Below, in pieces: positions 32,964-42,142 of a stretch of DNA of 64,000 nucleotides. Each line of letters begins with the position of its first letter. Positions within the stretch are counted from its first letter, which is position 1. The notes under the pieces were generated by a model that saw nothing but the letters and a program-made list of their open reading frames with translations, had not been told where the DNA came from and searched no databases. A program made the position numbers and the translations under genes. The stretch is from Thermodesulfobacteriota bacterium (GTDB lineage Bacteria > Desulfobacterota > Binatia > Bin18). The stretch is taken from the NCBI GenBank assembly GCA_964291405.2, contig OZ219926.1:4448001-4512000 (forward strand), given 5' to 3'.

Positions 32964-33324
32964 CACACATATGCTGGTCTTCGCGCTCAACGGGGAACTC
33001 CGGCCGGCTGAGCGGGCTCTCCTGGCCCAGAACAGATGGTCTGTGGCGGCTATTGTCCTATGGGAATTGGCCAAGCTGATTGACCTCGGTCGGATAGACA
33101 TGGACCTTGACGACCGTGACGTAAGCCGGGTCCTGAACCGCATACAGATATGGCCGCTTGATCTCGCTGTTGCACGCGCCTCCGCTCGTCTCGATTTTGA
33201 GAGTGATCCAGCAGACCAACTCATTGCCGCCACCAGTATCGTGCACAACATTCCGTTGCTCACGCGCGACCGCGTCATACGTCGCTCGACGCTCGTCCCC
33301 CTGGCCATTCCCGGAAGCGGCTGA
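32950..33324 (+). CDS. vapC: VapC/PIN toxin
   Basis: LDTH, IVLWELAKL, DPADQLIAAT, LLTRD; overlaps antitoxin. Confidence 0.92.
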   Translation: MLNLDTHMLVFALNGELRPAERALLAQNRWSVAAIVLWELAKLIDLGRIDMDLDDRDVSRVLNRIQIWPLDLAVARASARLDFESDPADQLIAATSIVHNIPLLTRDRVIRRSTLVPLAIPGSG

Positions 33325-33349
33325 GTAAACGCAAAGAAAGGCCGGTCAC

Positions 33350-33400
33350 ATGGGCCAACACACGTCACTGTCACGATTCGTAACCCGGCTGAGTCGGACT
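33350..33400 (+). pseudogene. Frameshifted N-terminal remnant of a clan AA aspartic protease-like gene
   Basis: ATG GGC followed, after a frameshift, by THVTVTIRNPAESD; RBS upstream. Confidence 0.45.
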
Positions 33401-33403
33401 GCC

Positions 33404-33546
33404 TGCCCGGCGAAGGCGAACCCTTCCGCGGCATCTGGGCCACGCGCTTGTGGGCCACGCGCTTGTATGAGCAGGGCTCCAAAATGCGAGAGCAAGTTGC
33501 CAGCGGCGGCGGTGAGGCCGGTGGGGGTAAGTTGAAGGTGGGGTGA
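33404..33546 (+). repeat. Diverged duplicate of the 3' end of the PPOX gene (32513-32640)
   Basis: PGEGEPFRGIWATRL(WATRL)YEQGSKMREQVASGGGEAGGGKLKVG* vs PGEGEAFSGIWATRFYEQGSKMRAQVASGGGEASGDKLKVG*. Confidence 0.95.
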
Positions 33547-33580
33547 GCGGCCCCAATCCTGAACTCCTGATTTAATCCTT

Positions 33581-33679
33581 CACTTCTCCTGTGAGTATAA
33601 AGGCGAACGGAAAGACCTAGACGCAGTCTTCTATCAGTTGTGGCAATACGTTCTGGCCTTAGAGGACCTGTTGCGATAG
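33581..33679 (+). pseudogene. N-terminal remnant of an MmeI-like (type IIG/IIL) RM gene
   Basis: HFSCEYKGERKDLDAVFYQLWQYVLALED resembles the family motif FAWEYKG..KDL..A..QL.QY..ALE. Confidence 0.65.
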
Positions 33680-33764
33680 GTAGTAGTGATACGTCTTTGC
33701 TTAGAGCCACCGTGGTCGGTTATGTAATAATCGATCCCTCTTTCGGTAGCGACATCGGAGAATA

Positions 33765-34703
33765 GTGGTGACGAAGACAAGTTTCTCAACTGCGCTCCAA
33801 ACGGAGCTAAGGTATCCATTCAGTCCACCCGATATGGACTCGATACCGATTTCACCGATTCCGGCGGTGAATGTTGCCACAGTCCCGCAGCGTAGCCCGC
33901 TCCGCTACCCTGGTGGGAAAACGTGGCTGATACCGCATATTCGTGTTTGGCTCGAAAAAATTAACCCACCGCCCCGACTTCTTATCGAGCCGTTTGTTGG
34001 AGGCGGTATTATATCGCTTACCGCTGCGATGGAAGGGTTGGTGGAACGATGCTTGATGGCCGAGTTGGATCGTGACGTTGCCGCCTTTTGGCACGCGGCT
34101 CTGGACCACGGATTAGAGCTTTGTAAACGAGTCATTTGCTTCAAGCCGACGCGGGAAACCATACTCGCCCTGTCTGAGCAATATCCAAGTGATGTCATTG
34201 AGCATGGTTTCCGCACCCTCGTTCTCAACCGGACACGGCGGGGGGGGATCCTTGCTCCCGGTGCATCGCTCAATCGGGTAGGGGAGAACGGAAAGGGAGT
34301 GATGTCCCGTTGGTATCCAGAAACGATTGCTGACCGCTTACACGAGATATCAAAATATGCTGACCGCTTATGCTTTTGTGAGACGGATGGCATGAAGCTG
34401 CTCGACACTGTGTTGAGCAATCACGATTCCAGATCGGTTGTTTTCATTGACCCGCCATACACAGCCGGTGGCAAGCGGGCAGGCAAACGACTATACACCC
34501 ACAACGAGATAGATCACGCACGATTGTTTGAGATGCTTACCGATAGTGGTGCGAATTTTCTCATGACTTACGATCTGGCAGACGAGATCGTCTCCCTGGT
34601 ACGAAAACATGGTTTTCATGCAGTCGAAGTTCTTATGAAGAATACGCACCATGACCGTATACCAGAACTCGTCATCACCCCGCGTCCTGTATTCATCCAA
34701 TGA
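33765..34703 (+). CDS. Alpha-group (Dam/D12-like) amino DNA methyltransferase; start possibly 33834
   Basis: SPLRYPGGK, IEPFVGGG, FIDPPY. Confidence 0.92.
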   Translation: MVTKTSFSTALQTELRYPFSPPDMDSIPISPIPAVNVATVPQRSPLRYPGGKTWLIPHIRVWLEKINPPPRLLIEPFVGGGIISLTAAMEGLVERCLMAELDRDVAAFWHAALDHGLELCKRVICFKPTRETILALSEQYPSDVIEHGFRTLVLNRTRRGGILAPGASLNRVGENGKGVMSRWYPETIADRLHEISKYADRLCFCETDGMKLLDTVLSNHDSRSVVFIDPPYTAGGKRAGKRLYTHNEIDHARLFEMLTDSGANFLMTYDLADEIVSLVRKHGFHAVEVLMKNTHHDRIPELVITPRPVFIQ

Positions 34704-35578
34704 GTAATCGTTATGGTATTGCGGAATGGTATGGGCAGCCGTTCCTTAACCTTTCGCTGGCTGCCCGTCGCCGAATGGCAAAGGTGGCTCTCCAAGAAGA
34801 GCACGACATTCCGCCATGTCCGTTTCAAAAGAACCAGCCTCCATGCCGTAAGCGGGGTGGCGTATGTTCCATACGTCGCTATGAAAAAGGCGAAGACGAA
34901 CGACTCGGTTCACCGAAAAGTGGCCCTGTCATCGTTTGTCCGGCTCGGTTCGAGGAGAAACAAGTGCTGGTAAGCTGGCTTGCCGATATTGTCGGATTTT
35001 TACCAGACGAGGCAATGATGGCTCGCGAAGTACCTTTCATGAAAAGTACTGACACGGATAAGCCGGCGGGAAAAATTGACCTTGTAGTTGCCAAAACAGA
35101 CAGAGACAACCTCCTATGGTATGGGCTGGAAATACAGGCCGTTTATTTCTCGGGTCGAGGTATGAACTCGGAGTTCGAGAGACTACGAGATGACGATCAT
35201 CCAGAACCTCCATTTCCAGATAAGGTTCGTAGGCCGGACTGGCGCTCTTCCAGTGCTAAACGTCTCATGCCGCAGTTGCAAATTAAGGTCCCAACTCTCC
35301 GGCGCTGGGGGTCGAAAATCGCTATTGCAGTTGATCGTCCTTTTTTCGAGTCACTCGGCGGCTCCAGCTCCTCGCCGAGGCAAGACCTAGACGATGGCGA
35401 CGTTATCTGGCTAATCCCGGAACTGGTGCTCAATAATGATGGGCGCCATCAGCTCTCGCGGGGGCATTGGGAAATTCTCACTCTGGAGGAAACCAGTGAG
35501 AAGCTTCTTGCAGCCCGGCCCATTCAGCGCAGGACATTTGAGCAGGAACTTCAGAGGAAACTTGAACCACTTGGTTAA
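34700..35578 (+). CDS. NotI-family type II restriction endonuclease
   Basis: Cys4 cluster CPF..C.K.GGVCS..VCP.RF, GKIDLV, LEIQAVYFSG, RPDWRSS..KRL.PQL; ATGA overlap with the MTase. Confidence 0.85.
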   Translation: MSNRYGIAEWYGQPFLNLSLAARRRMAKVALQEEHDIPPCPFQKNQPPCRKRGGVCSIRRYEKGEDERLGSPKSGPVIVCPARFEEKQVLVSWLADIVGFLPDEAMMAREVPFMKSTDTDKPAGKIDLVVAKTDRDNLLWYGLEIQAVYFSGRGMNSEFERLRDDDHPEPPFPDKVRRPDWRSSSAKRLMPQLQIKVPTLRRWGSKIAIAVDRPFFESLGGSSSSPRQDLDDGDVIWLIPELVLNNDGRHQLSRGHWEILTLEETSEKLLAARPIQRRTFEQELQRKLEPLG

Positions 35579-35582
35579 GGAA

Positions 35583-35732
35583 CGGCTCCACAACACCCGC
35601 CCACAATAGTTGGCCGACACCCACGCAAGTCCTGATGCTGCTGTGGCGGCGGCTTACGGCTGGCCTGCTGATATTTCTGACGATGACGCATTGCGTGAAC
35701 TGCTGGAATTGAATCTGACGCGGAGCGGGTAA
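35583..35732 (+). pseudogene. C-terminal remnant of an MmeI-like RM gene
   Basis: RLHNTRPQ*LADTHASPDAAVAAAYGWPADISDDDALRELLELN with W-to-TAG. Confidence 0.8.
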
Positions 35733-35838
35733 GAAATGACCGGCGGCGAGGAGATGTCAGGCTACGCTTTGCTAACCTGACCCACGGCTTGTTGGATTAA
35801 GGTGTGAGTCCGACAAGCTCCAAGAGCGGAGAAGAATC

Positions 35839-36825
35839 ATGAGTGACAGCGCTGTATGTCCTGTTTGCCGGAACACCGAAGGCAGCTCGTGCCAAGAAAC
35901 TCCCAAAGTTGGAGATTACACCCAGTTCAGATGCGATATTTGTGGGCTGTACGAAGCTGACGGATCGGCTTTAGCCAGCACACTTCATTCCCAAGAAAGC
36001 TTAACTCTGATTCAGCGGGCGCTTATCTCCTACCACCTTCGTAAAGGATCGTCCGAGGAAAAACCTTTCAGGATAACGCCTGAATGGGTAAATGACCTTC
36101 TCTCAAATGGTAGCCTCCCCAGTCCCGCGGTGCAGGCGGTGAATATCGTGCGGTTCATTGGAGATGAAGTATCCCGTTCAGGTAAAGCAATTGCGGTCCT
36201 TCCTATTTATATCTATGCAGTCATCGGAGCCCCTGATTATAACGCCGTTATCCGGCTAACAAAGGAACTGGAGGAACGGAAAATTCTTACAGCCGATCCC
36301 CTTGGAACTGCCGTCCGCCCTGACAACGTTACAGAACTGCCCCGCCAAGACTTTACTAACATCAGTCTCAGTCTCGACGGATGGGAGCAGTACGAGGCGG
36401 AAAAACGAGGTGAGTTCCGGGGCAACTACGGCTTCATCGCCATGCAGTTCGGGGACTCCGATCTTGACCCCTTTGTGAAGGACGTTGTGAAGCCTGCGGT
36501 GAAAGAGGACATTGGCTACGACCTTGTTGATATGCGTGACGTCGCGCAGCCTGGGATCATCGACAACATCATGCGCACCCAGATTAGGGATGCGGCGTTC
36601 GTTATCGTTGACCTTACGCACGACAACTCAGGAGCCTACTGGGAGGCGGGCTATGCCGAGGGGTTAGGTAAGCCTGTTCTCTATATCTGCGAGAAAACGA
36701 AATTTGATGAGAAGAAAACTCACTTTGATACCAATCACTGCACGACGGTTCCCTGGTCCAGGGATGATGCCGAGGGTTTCAAGCAGGAATTGATTGCCAC
36801 GCTTCGCCGCTCGCTCGACCTGTAA
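35839..36825 (+). CDS. Zn-ribbon + helical region + nucleoside 2-deoxyribosyltransferase-like (NDT) protein
   Basis: CPVC...CDIC; FIAMQF, FVIVDLTHDNSGAYWEAGYAEGLGKPVLY, HFDT.H. Confidence 0.8.
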   Translation: MSDSAVCPVCRNTEGSSCQETPKVGDYTQFRCDICGLYEADGSALASTLHSQESLTLIQRALISYHLRKGSSEEKPFRITPEWVNDLLSNGSLPSPAVQAVNIVRFIGDEVSRSGKAIAVLPIYIYAVIGAPDYNAVIRLTKELEERKILTADPLGTAVRPDNVTELPRQDFTNISLSLDGWEQYEAEKRGEFRGNYGFIAMQFGDSDLDPFVKDVVKPAVKEDIGYDLVDMRDVAQPGIIDNIMRTQIRDAAFVIVDLTHDNSGAYWEAGYAEGLGKPVLYICEKTKFDEKKTHFDTNHCTTVPWSRDDAEGFKQELIATLRRSLDL

Positions 36826-37009
36826 AATTGGCGCTCCTCTCTCCCCCTACATTACAACACACAAGGGCTTGGAACTTTGGTGATGTCAGGTTCATGCGCT
36901 GGCAATGGTGCGAGGTTCGTACCCAAGTCCCGCTGAAAAGGGGATTGAAATGTGGATATTGACCGGAAAAGCGGCATATGTGGGCTGTAGCAGGTAAAGA
37001 GGAATCAAC

Positions 37010-38020
37010 ATGGGCAAGGGCAAGCGAGTAAAGACGGAAAGAAGAAGGCGGAAAATGAACGACAAGCTACAATTCCCTTTACTACAAAATTATCCAGAAG
37101 GTGCCCCGAATTATCTAAGACGTATGTCTACGAAATCGGGTGAGATGTTGGCGGAAGATCAGGAATGGATAACTCTACCCAAAAAGAATTTAGATTTACA
37201 TCTGGACTCAGTGACCCCCCAGGGAATTGTGACAACAGTGAATGGAAAATTTCAAGTTTTCGCCATTCCTGCTTGCATAGATCAACTCAGTTATGACAAC
37301 GAATGTTACGACAGGTGGCGGTTGGTAAAGGGAACGGGGAAAGATTTTGCTGTTAATAAAACAGCAACCTTCCATGTCGGTACCCCCAAATTCTATCACG
37401 ATCTGGAATCAGCAGACAATTCTTCGCAGAAAGACCCCGATGAGGGACGAATCCAGATGGGAAAAGATACTATACTTGAGTTTCAAGACCCAGAGTCGAA
37501 AGACTGGATATCCCTGCCTCACGAGGGAATGGCTATCAACTACGGACATGGATACATCTATTGTTGTTCAATGGTAGAAGGAGATGAGATAAGACTACCA
37601 GATGGATACGATACTTACACTATATTTAACGCATCCCCACAAAGGATTGCTCTGGCTTTGGGGATAGATGTTGGAAATCACCTGATAAAGAAAGGATGCA
37701 AAATTACGGGAATCCCGGAAATTAGGGTTTTTTACGGCAAAGTGGCATACACGGGTCATGAAGAACAATCAAATCTGTATCAAAGAGGAGCGGTACTCTC
37801 TTCTGCCGGGGAATTTCGAGAAGACTTGGTCGCACTGTTTACGAAAATGCCTCAATACTCTCATCAAAAAGAGTTTCGATTCTTTATCACACTAGACAAC
37901 GTACAGTGGGACTTTGAATCTCATTGTTCCTTGGAAGTAGCCATGTCCCCATATTTCCAGTTTCATTTTGGGTACACGTACTGGGCTGACGAGCACGAGC
38001 AAAACTGCAACCCGAAGTAA
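37010..38020 (+). CDS. Hypothetical low-GC protein, DUF2971/ADP-ribosyltransferase-like motifs
   Basis: 336-aa AT-rich ORF with RBS; GT..FY...D..EG, YIYCCS, YGKVAY, FTK...YSHQKEFRF. Confidence 0.6.
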   Translation: MGKGKRVKTERRRRKMNDKLQFPLLQNYPEGAPNYLRRMSTKSGEMLAEDQEWITLPKKNLDLHLDSVTPQGIVTTVNGKFQVFAIPACIDQLSYDNECYDRWRLVKGTGKDFAVNKTATFHVGTPKFYHDLESADNSSQKDPDEGRIQMGKDTILEFQDPESKDWISLPHEGMAINYGHGYIYCCSMVEGDEIRLPDGYDTYTIFNASPQRIALALGIDVGNHLIKKGCKITGIPEIRVFYGKVAYTGHEEQSNLYQRGAVLSSAGEFREDLVALFTKMPQYSHQKEFRFFITLDNVQWDFESHCSLEVAMSPYFQFHFGYTYWADEHEQNCNPK

Positions 38021-38043
38021 AGGGGCCTCCGCGCGCTAATATC

Positions 38044-38253
38044 TTGAATTTTTTAGCCCAGGCCAAACGCAGGCTCAACGTTCTGAACGCGGTGGTCACG
38101 CTGGATGACCTGCGAAACAACCCTGGGGCAAGACTCCACCGGCTCAAGGGTGACCGCGCCGAGCAGTGGGCCATCGCTATCAACGAGCAGTACCGCCTCG
38201 TGTTCGACTGGAACGATGGACCAACCAACGTAGAGATAATGGATTACCACTGA
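38044..38253 (+). pseudogene. higB: 5'-truncated HigB (RelE/ParE family) toxin
   Basis: LHRLKGDRAEQWAIAINEQYRLVFDW..GPTNVEIMDYH; N-terminus and RBS missing. Confidence 0.8.
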
Positions 38254-38546
38254 TGATCGGCCCCATACATCCGGGTGTGACTCTTCGTGAGGACTTCATG
38301 GAGCCCTACAAGCTGAGTGCTAACAGCCTCTCGAAGGCGCTCGGCATTTCGCAAAACCGCGTCAGCGATATCGTGCGCGGGCGGCGCGGTATTACGGCCG
38401 ATACCGCGCTCAGGCTTGAGCGTGCCTTTGGCGTGTCCGCTTCCTTCTGGCTCAACCTCCAGTCCCATTACGAGCTTGAGGTTGCCCAGCGGGATGCCGG
38501 GTCTACCATCAGGAAGACCGTGAAGCGGCTCCCCAAGGCGGCCTGA
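38253..38546 (+). CDS. higA: HigA antitoxin
   Basis: PIHPG..LREDF, RGITADTALRL...FG.SASFWLNLQ..Y. Confidence 0.93.
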   Translation: MIGPIHPGVTLREDFMEPYKLSANSLSKALGISQNRVSDIVRGRRGITADTALRLERAFGVSASFWLNLQSHYELEVAQRDAGSTIRKTVKRLPKAA

Positions 38547-38768
38547 ATGCTCGACAACCTTGAAAGCAGCCGAGCTCTCATCCTCTCCGCATAACTGCAC
38601 TATATCCTATAGTGCATGGAAGTAGATAAAAATCTTCCAGACCTCAAGCCGTTTTAGGACGCAGGTATGGAAAATGCACCACCATCTAAAAATGTTGTGG
38701 CATATTTTTAGTTTATGGTAGAATATAGAAATCTCCCGTTATTCTATTTAATGCTACAGGAACATTTT

Positions 38769-39074
38769 ATGGATAATGCTGATGGTTCTCCCAATGCGCC
38801 GAACGTTTCGAGGCCGGACGAGCGCTCCTTCGCGCAACGCGTTCGCATCGACCGGGCGGGTCGTGTGGTGGTGCCGGCTGGTATTCGGAAAGCCCTGCGC
38901 ATTCGCGATGGGCAGGACTTGATTATCTCGCTTGACGACAAATGTATCAGGCTTCAGACCCTTGACGCTGCGCTTGAACGAGTCAGGGGGATCGCCCGGA
39001 GCAAGCGTAAGCGGGAGGGCGACTTAATAGACGCATTCATTGCAGAACGCCGGGCAGAAGCCGAGGCCGGCTGA
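38769..39074 (+). CDS. AbrB/MazE/SpoVT-family antitoxin
   Basis: IDRAGRVVVPAGIRKALRI.DG. Confidence 0.88.
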   Translation: MDNADGSPNAPNVSRPDERSFAQRVRIDRAGRVVVPAGIRKALRIRDGQDLIISLDDKCIRLQTLDAALERVRGIARSKRKREGDLIDAFIAERRAEAEAG

Positions 39075-39075
39075 A

Positions 39076-39465
39076 ATGGCGAGGTCTGTTCTGGATGCGT
39101 CCGCCCTGCTGACGGTGGTTCTGGAGGAAACTGGCGCTGACGTTGTCGTTGAAGCGCTCCGGTCAGGCGCGGTGATGTCCGCAGTCAATGTGGCAGAGGT
39201 CGCCGCCCGCCTGTATCAAGAAAGCTGGACCGAGTCGGAAGTTGCTCTCGTCTTTGGCGGATTGGGTATTGAGATCGTGCCGTTTGGTACTGATGTTGCG
39301 CTCTTGAGCGGTCAATACCGCCTCGCCACCCAAGGGCTGGGTTTAGGACTTGGTGACCGGGCCTGCCTGGCGACCGCCCGAATGGAAGCGAGCCCGGTAT
39401 TGACCGCCGATAGAATATGGACGCAACTTGACCTTGAGGGGGTTGACATTCGCTGCATCCGATAA
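39076..39465 (+). CDS. vapC: VapC/PIN toxin
   Basis: VLDASALL, SAVNVAEV, GLGLGDRACLA, LTADR.W. Confidence 0.92.
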   Translation: MARSVLDASALLTVVLEETGADVVVEALRSGAVMSAVNVAEVAARLYQESWTESEVALVFGGLGIEIVPFGTDVALLSGQYRLATQGLGLGLGDRACLATARMEASPVLTADRIWTQLDLEGVDIRCIR

Positions 39466-39557
39466 GGCCCGGTCGGTCGGATGAGCCGAGCGTCATCCGA
39501 TACCCTGAATTGAAACCTGCATGTGCCCCCGTGCGTAGCGCCCACAGGAGAAAACAG

Positions 39558-41294
39558 ATGCCTGCTCACCTGCTCAATTTTTTCATTTTTTCCGGTGCCC
39601 TGATTCTCTCCTGGGTGGTCGGCGCGGTTGTGCCGCCGACCTGGACGGTGAGCCAGGCCGTGTTGGATGTCCATACGGCCAGCGACGGGCGTTTGTACTA
39701 TATCGCCCGGAACGAGCCCGTGTATTTCGAGGCGGTTCCCATTGAGGATGCAGAACTCAACCCGGAGCGGGTTGACGGCTCGAACGTAGCGCCAGCGGTA
39801 ACGGAGGAGTTTGCTGTGGCCACCGTCACGCGCGACGGACAAGACACGCACGTTTATTACCGGCTCACCGCCCAGTATCACTGGGGCTATTGGTCGTTGT
39901 TGCCGGCTGTTGTCGCGGTGCTACTGTGTTGGGTCACCAGAGAACCTGTTCCCGCTCTGCTGGGCGGCATCGTCTCCGGCGCGTTGATTCTGGGCCAGTA
40001 CGACCTGACGGGCCAGGTGCTGATTCCCGCCCTGGCCACGACCAATGCGGCCGGCATTCTGTTGCTGTATTTGTGGCTGCTCGGGGGGCTCATGGGGATC
40101 TGGTCGCGGACCGGAGCGGCCCAGGCTTTCGCCGAATTCATGACCGTGCGTTTCGTGCGTGGCCCAAAGACCGCCAAGCTGGTGGCCTGGATGCTGGGCG
40201 TTATCTTTTTTCAGGGCGGAACTATGAGCACGGTGCTGGTCGGCACCACGGTCAAGCCGATTGCCGACAAGGAAAATATCAGCCACGAAGAACTGGCCTA
40301 TATTGTCGATTCGACCGCCTCGCCCATTGCCTCACAGCTTGCGTTCAATGCCTGGCCAGGCTATGTGCAGGCGTTCATTTTTGTCTCCGGGGTCGGTTTT
40401 CTGGCGACCGAGGCGGACCGCATCAGCTTTTTCTTTCAGAGCGTTCCGTTTTGTTTCTATGCTATTTTCGCCGTTCTCGGCACGTTTTTGCTCGGTATTG
40501 AAAAGCCTCTTTTCCTTGGCAAGCGACTGGCTGCTGCCATGAATCGCTCCCGCACGACCGGTCAGCTCGACGCGGACGGGGCCGAACCGCTGAGTGCCAA
40601 GGAACTGCAAGCCAGTAATGTGCCCGCGGGCTACACGCCGCACGTGCTGGAGTTCTTCCTGCCGCTGGGTGCGCTGATCGGTATTGCCATCGGCACCTTT
40701 GTTGTCACGGACTCGCCCAATGTACACTGGGCGTTTGGCGCGGCTCTCCTTCTGGCTGTGGGTATGGCGCTGGCCAAGGGTATGGCGCTCAAGGAACTCA
40801 TGGCCGGGTTTCATGATGGTATCCGGGGTGTGGTGCTCGGCTCGGTGATCCTGCTGCTGGCCATCACGATCGGCGGCGTCAACACCCAGACCGGGGGCGC
40901 GGTCTTTCTGGTTGACCAGCTCGGCGAGAGCATTCCCTACTTTCTCCTGCCGGTCCTGCTTCAACTCCTGACCATGATTATTGCCTTTTCCACCGGGACG
41001 AGCTGGGGCACCTATGCGGTGGCGTTTCCGCTGGCCATGCCGCTCGCCTGGGCGATTGCCGGGGCGCACGGTCTCGCCCACCCCGAGCTGTTCATGACGC
41101 TGTGCTTTGCCGCGGTAATGGACGGCAGCGTCTATGGCGACCAGTGCTCGCCGATCTCGGATACCACGGTCCTGAGCGCCATGTGCACCGGTTGCGACCT
41201 GATGGACCACGTCAAGACGCAGATCCCGCAGGCCTCGGTCGCCGCCGTTCTGGCGGCCATCTGCTGGACCGGCATCGCGTTTCTGACCGCGTAA
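39558..41294 (+). CDS. NhaC-family Na+/H+ antiporter / amino-acid transporter
   Basis: Multiple TM helices; EELAYIVDSTASP, FSTGTSWGT, YGDQCSPISDTTVLS. Confidence 0.88.
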   Translation: MPAHLLNFFIFSGALILSWVVGAVVPPTWTVSQAVLDVHTASDGRLYYIARNEPVYFEAVPIEDAELNPERVDGSNVAPAVTEEFAVATVTRDGQDTHVYYRLTAQYHWGYWSLLPAVVAVLLCWVTREPVPALLGGIVSGALILGQYDLTGQVLIPALATTNAAGILLLYLWLLGGLMGIWSRTGAAQAFAEFMTVRFVRGPKTAKLVAWMLGVIFFQGGTMSTVLVGTTVKPIADKENISHEELAYIVDSTASPIASQLAFNAWPGYVQAFIFVSGVGFLATEADRISFFFQSVPFCFYAIFAVLGTFLLGIEKPLFLGKRLAAAMNRSRTTGQLDADGAEPLSAKELQASNVPAGYTPHVLEFFLPLGALIGIAIGTFVVTDSPNVHWAFGAALLLAVGMALAKGMALKELMAGFHDGIRGVVLGSVILLLAITIGGVNTQTGGAVFLVDQLGESIPYFLLPVLLQLLTMIIAFSTGTSWGTYAVAFPLAMPLAWAIAGAHGLAHPELFMTLCFAAVMDGSVYGDQCSPISDTTVLSAMCTGCDLMDHVKTQIPQASVAAVLAAICWTGIAFLTA

Positions 41295-41382
41295 AGCCCA
41301 GGGAACGTCCAAATTTGTGTCCCTTCCGGCGAAGGGATACAATGTGCCTGTACTATTCTCACGTTTCTATGGGGAGGTTCTG

Positions 41383-42132
41383 ATGTCTTTCTTGCTTCGC
41401 TTTTTCGGTTTTGTGGTACTGCTTCCGTCCCTGGCCCACGCCGCGACGTTAGGGGTTCCCGGCAACGGGACTAAACTCTCAGGTGTCGGAGTCATCTCGG
41501 GCTGGAAGTGTGAGGCCGAGGGAGACCTGACCATCGTCTTCAACGACGACGGGAACCATATTCCCTTGCTGTACGGCACTAGGCGCACCGATGTCCTCAA
41601 CGCAGGTGCCTGTGACAGCGCAGATGTCGGCTTTGTGGCCATCTGGAACTGGGGCAACCTGAGTGATGGGGAGCACACCGCGGTTGCCTACGATAATGGG
41701 GTGCCGTTTGCCGAGAGCACGTTCACGGTGACAACCCCTGGGACGGGTTTTCTGGAAGGGGTGAGCAAGCAGGTGACGGTCGAGGACTTTCCTCATCCCG
41801 GCGATACCACCGTGCTGGAGTGGAATCAGGGCACGCAGCATTTCGAGATCGTGGACTTCATGGAGATGGGTCCGACTGACCTGGGCATGTGTACGGTTGG
41901 GATGACGCTGCATCCGGGAGAGAGTTGTACGGGCACCATCCTCGTTTTCAGCTATACTTTTACCGTGAATGCAGACACACAAGGGTGTATAAGCGGCACC
42001 GGTTTAGATGCAGTTGATGGATGTTACGCAACCCCGGATGTTTTGCCAGACTCAGTGATGGACCTCGGTGTTGATCTTACCAGGAATACAGATGGGAGCT
42101 GGACGATCAACGGCCTGCCGCCCGGTTCATAA
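41383..42132 (+). CDS. Secreted hypothetical protein, paralog 1 (constant SGVGVISGW domain + one Cys-rich module)
   Basis: GGAGG RBS, signal peptide ending AHA, near-identical to 42143-42922 at the 5' end. Confidence 0.85.
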   Translation: MSFLLRFFGFVVLLPSLAHAATLGVPGNGTKLSGVGVISGWKCEAEGDLTIVFNDDGNHIPLLYGTRRTDVLNAGACDSADVGFVAIWNWGNLSDGEHTAVAYDNGVPFAESTFTVTTPGTGFLEGVSKQVTVEDFPHPGDTTVLEWNQGTQHFEIVDFMEMGPTDLGMCTVGMTLHPGESCTGTILVFSYTFTVNADTQGCISGTGLDAVDGCYATPDVLPDSVMDLGVDLTRNTDGSWTINGLPPGS

Positions 42133-42142
42133 GGAGGTTCTG

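Noticed and set aside
32640-39480. Integron cassette array
   Set aside because: No intI and no recurring attC-like sites between genes, although all genes are co-oriented.
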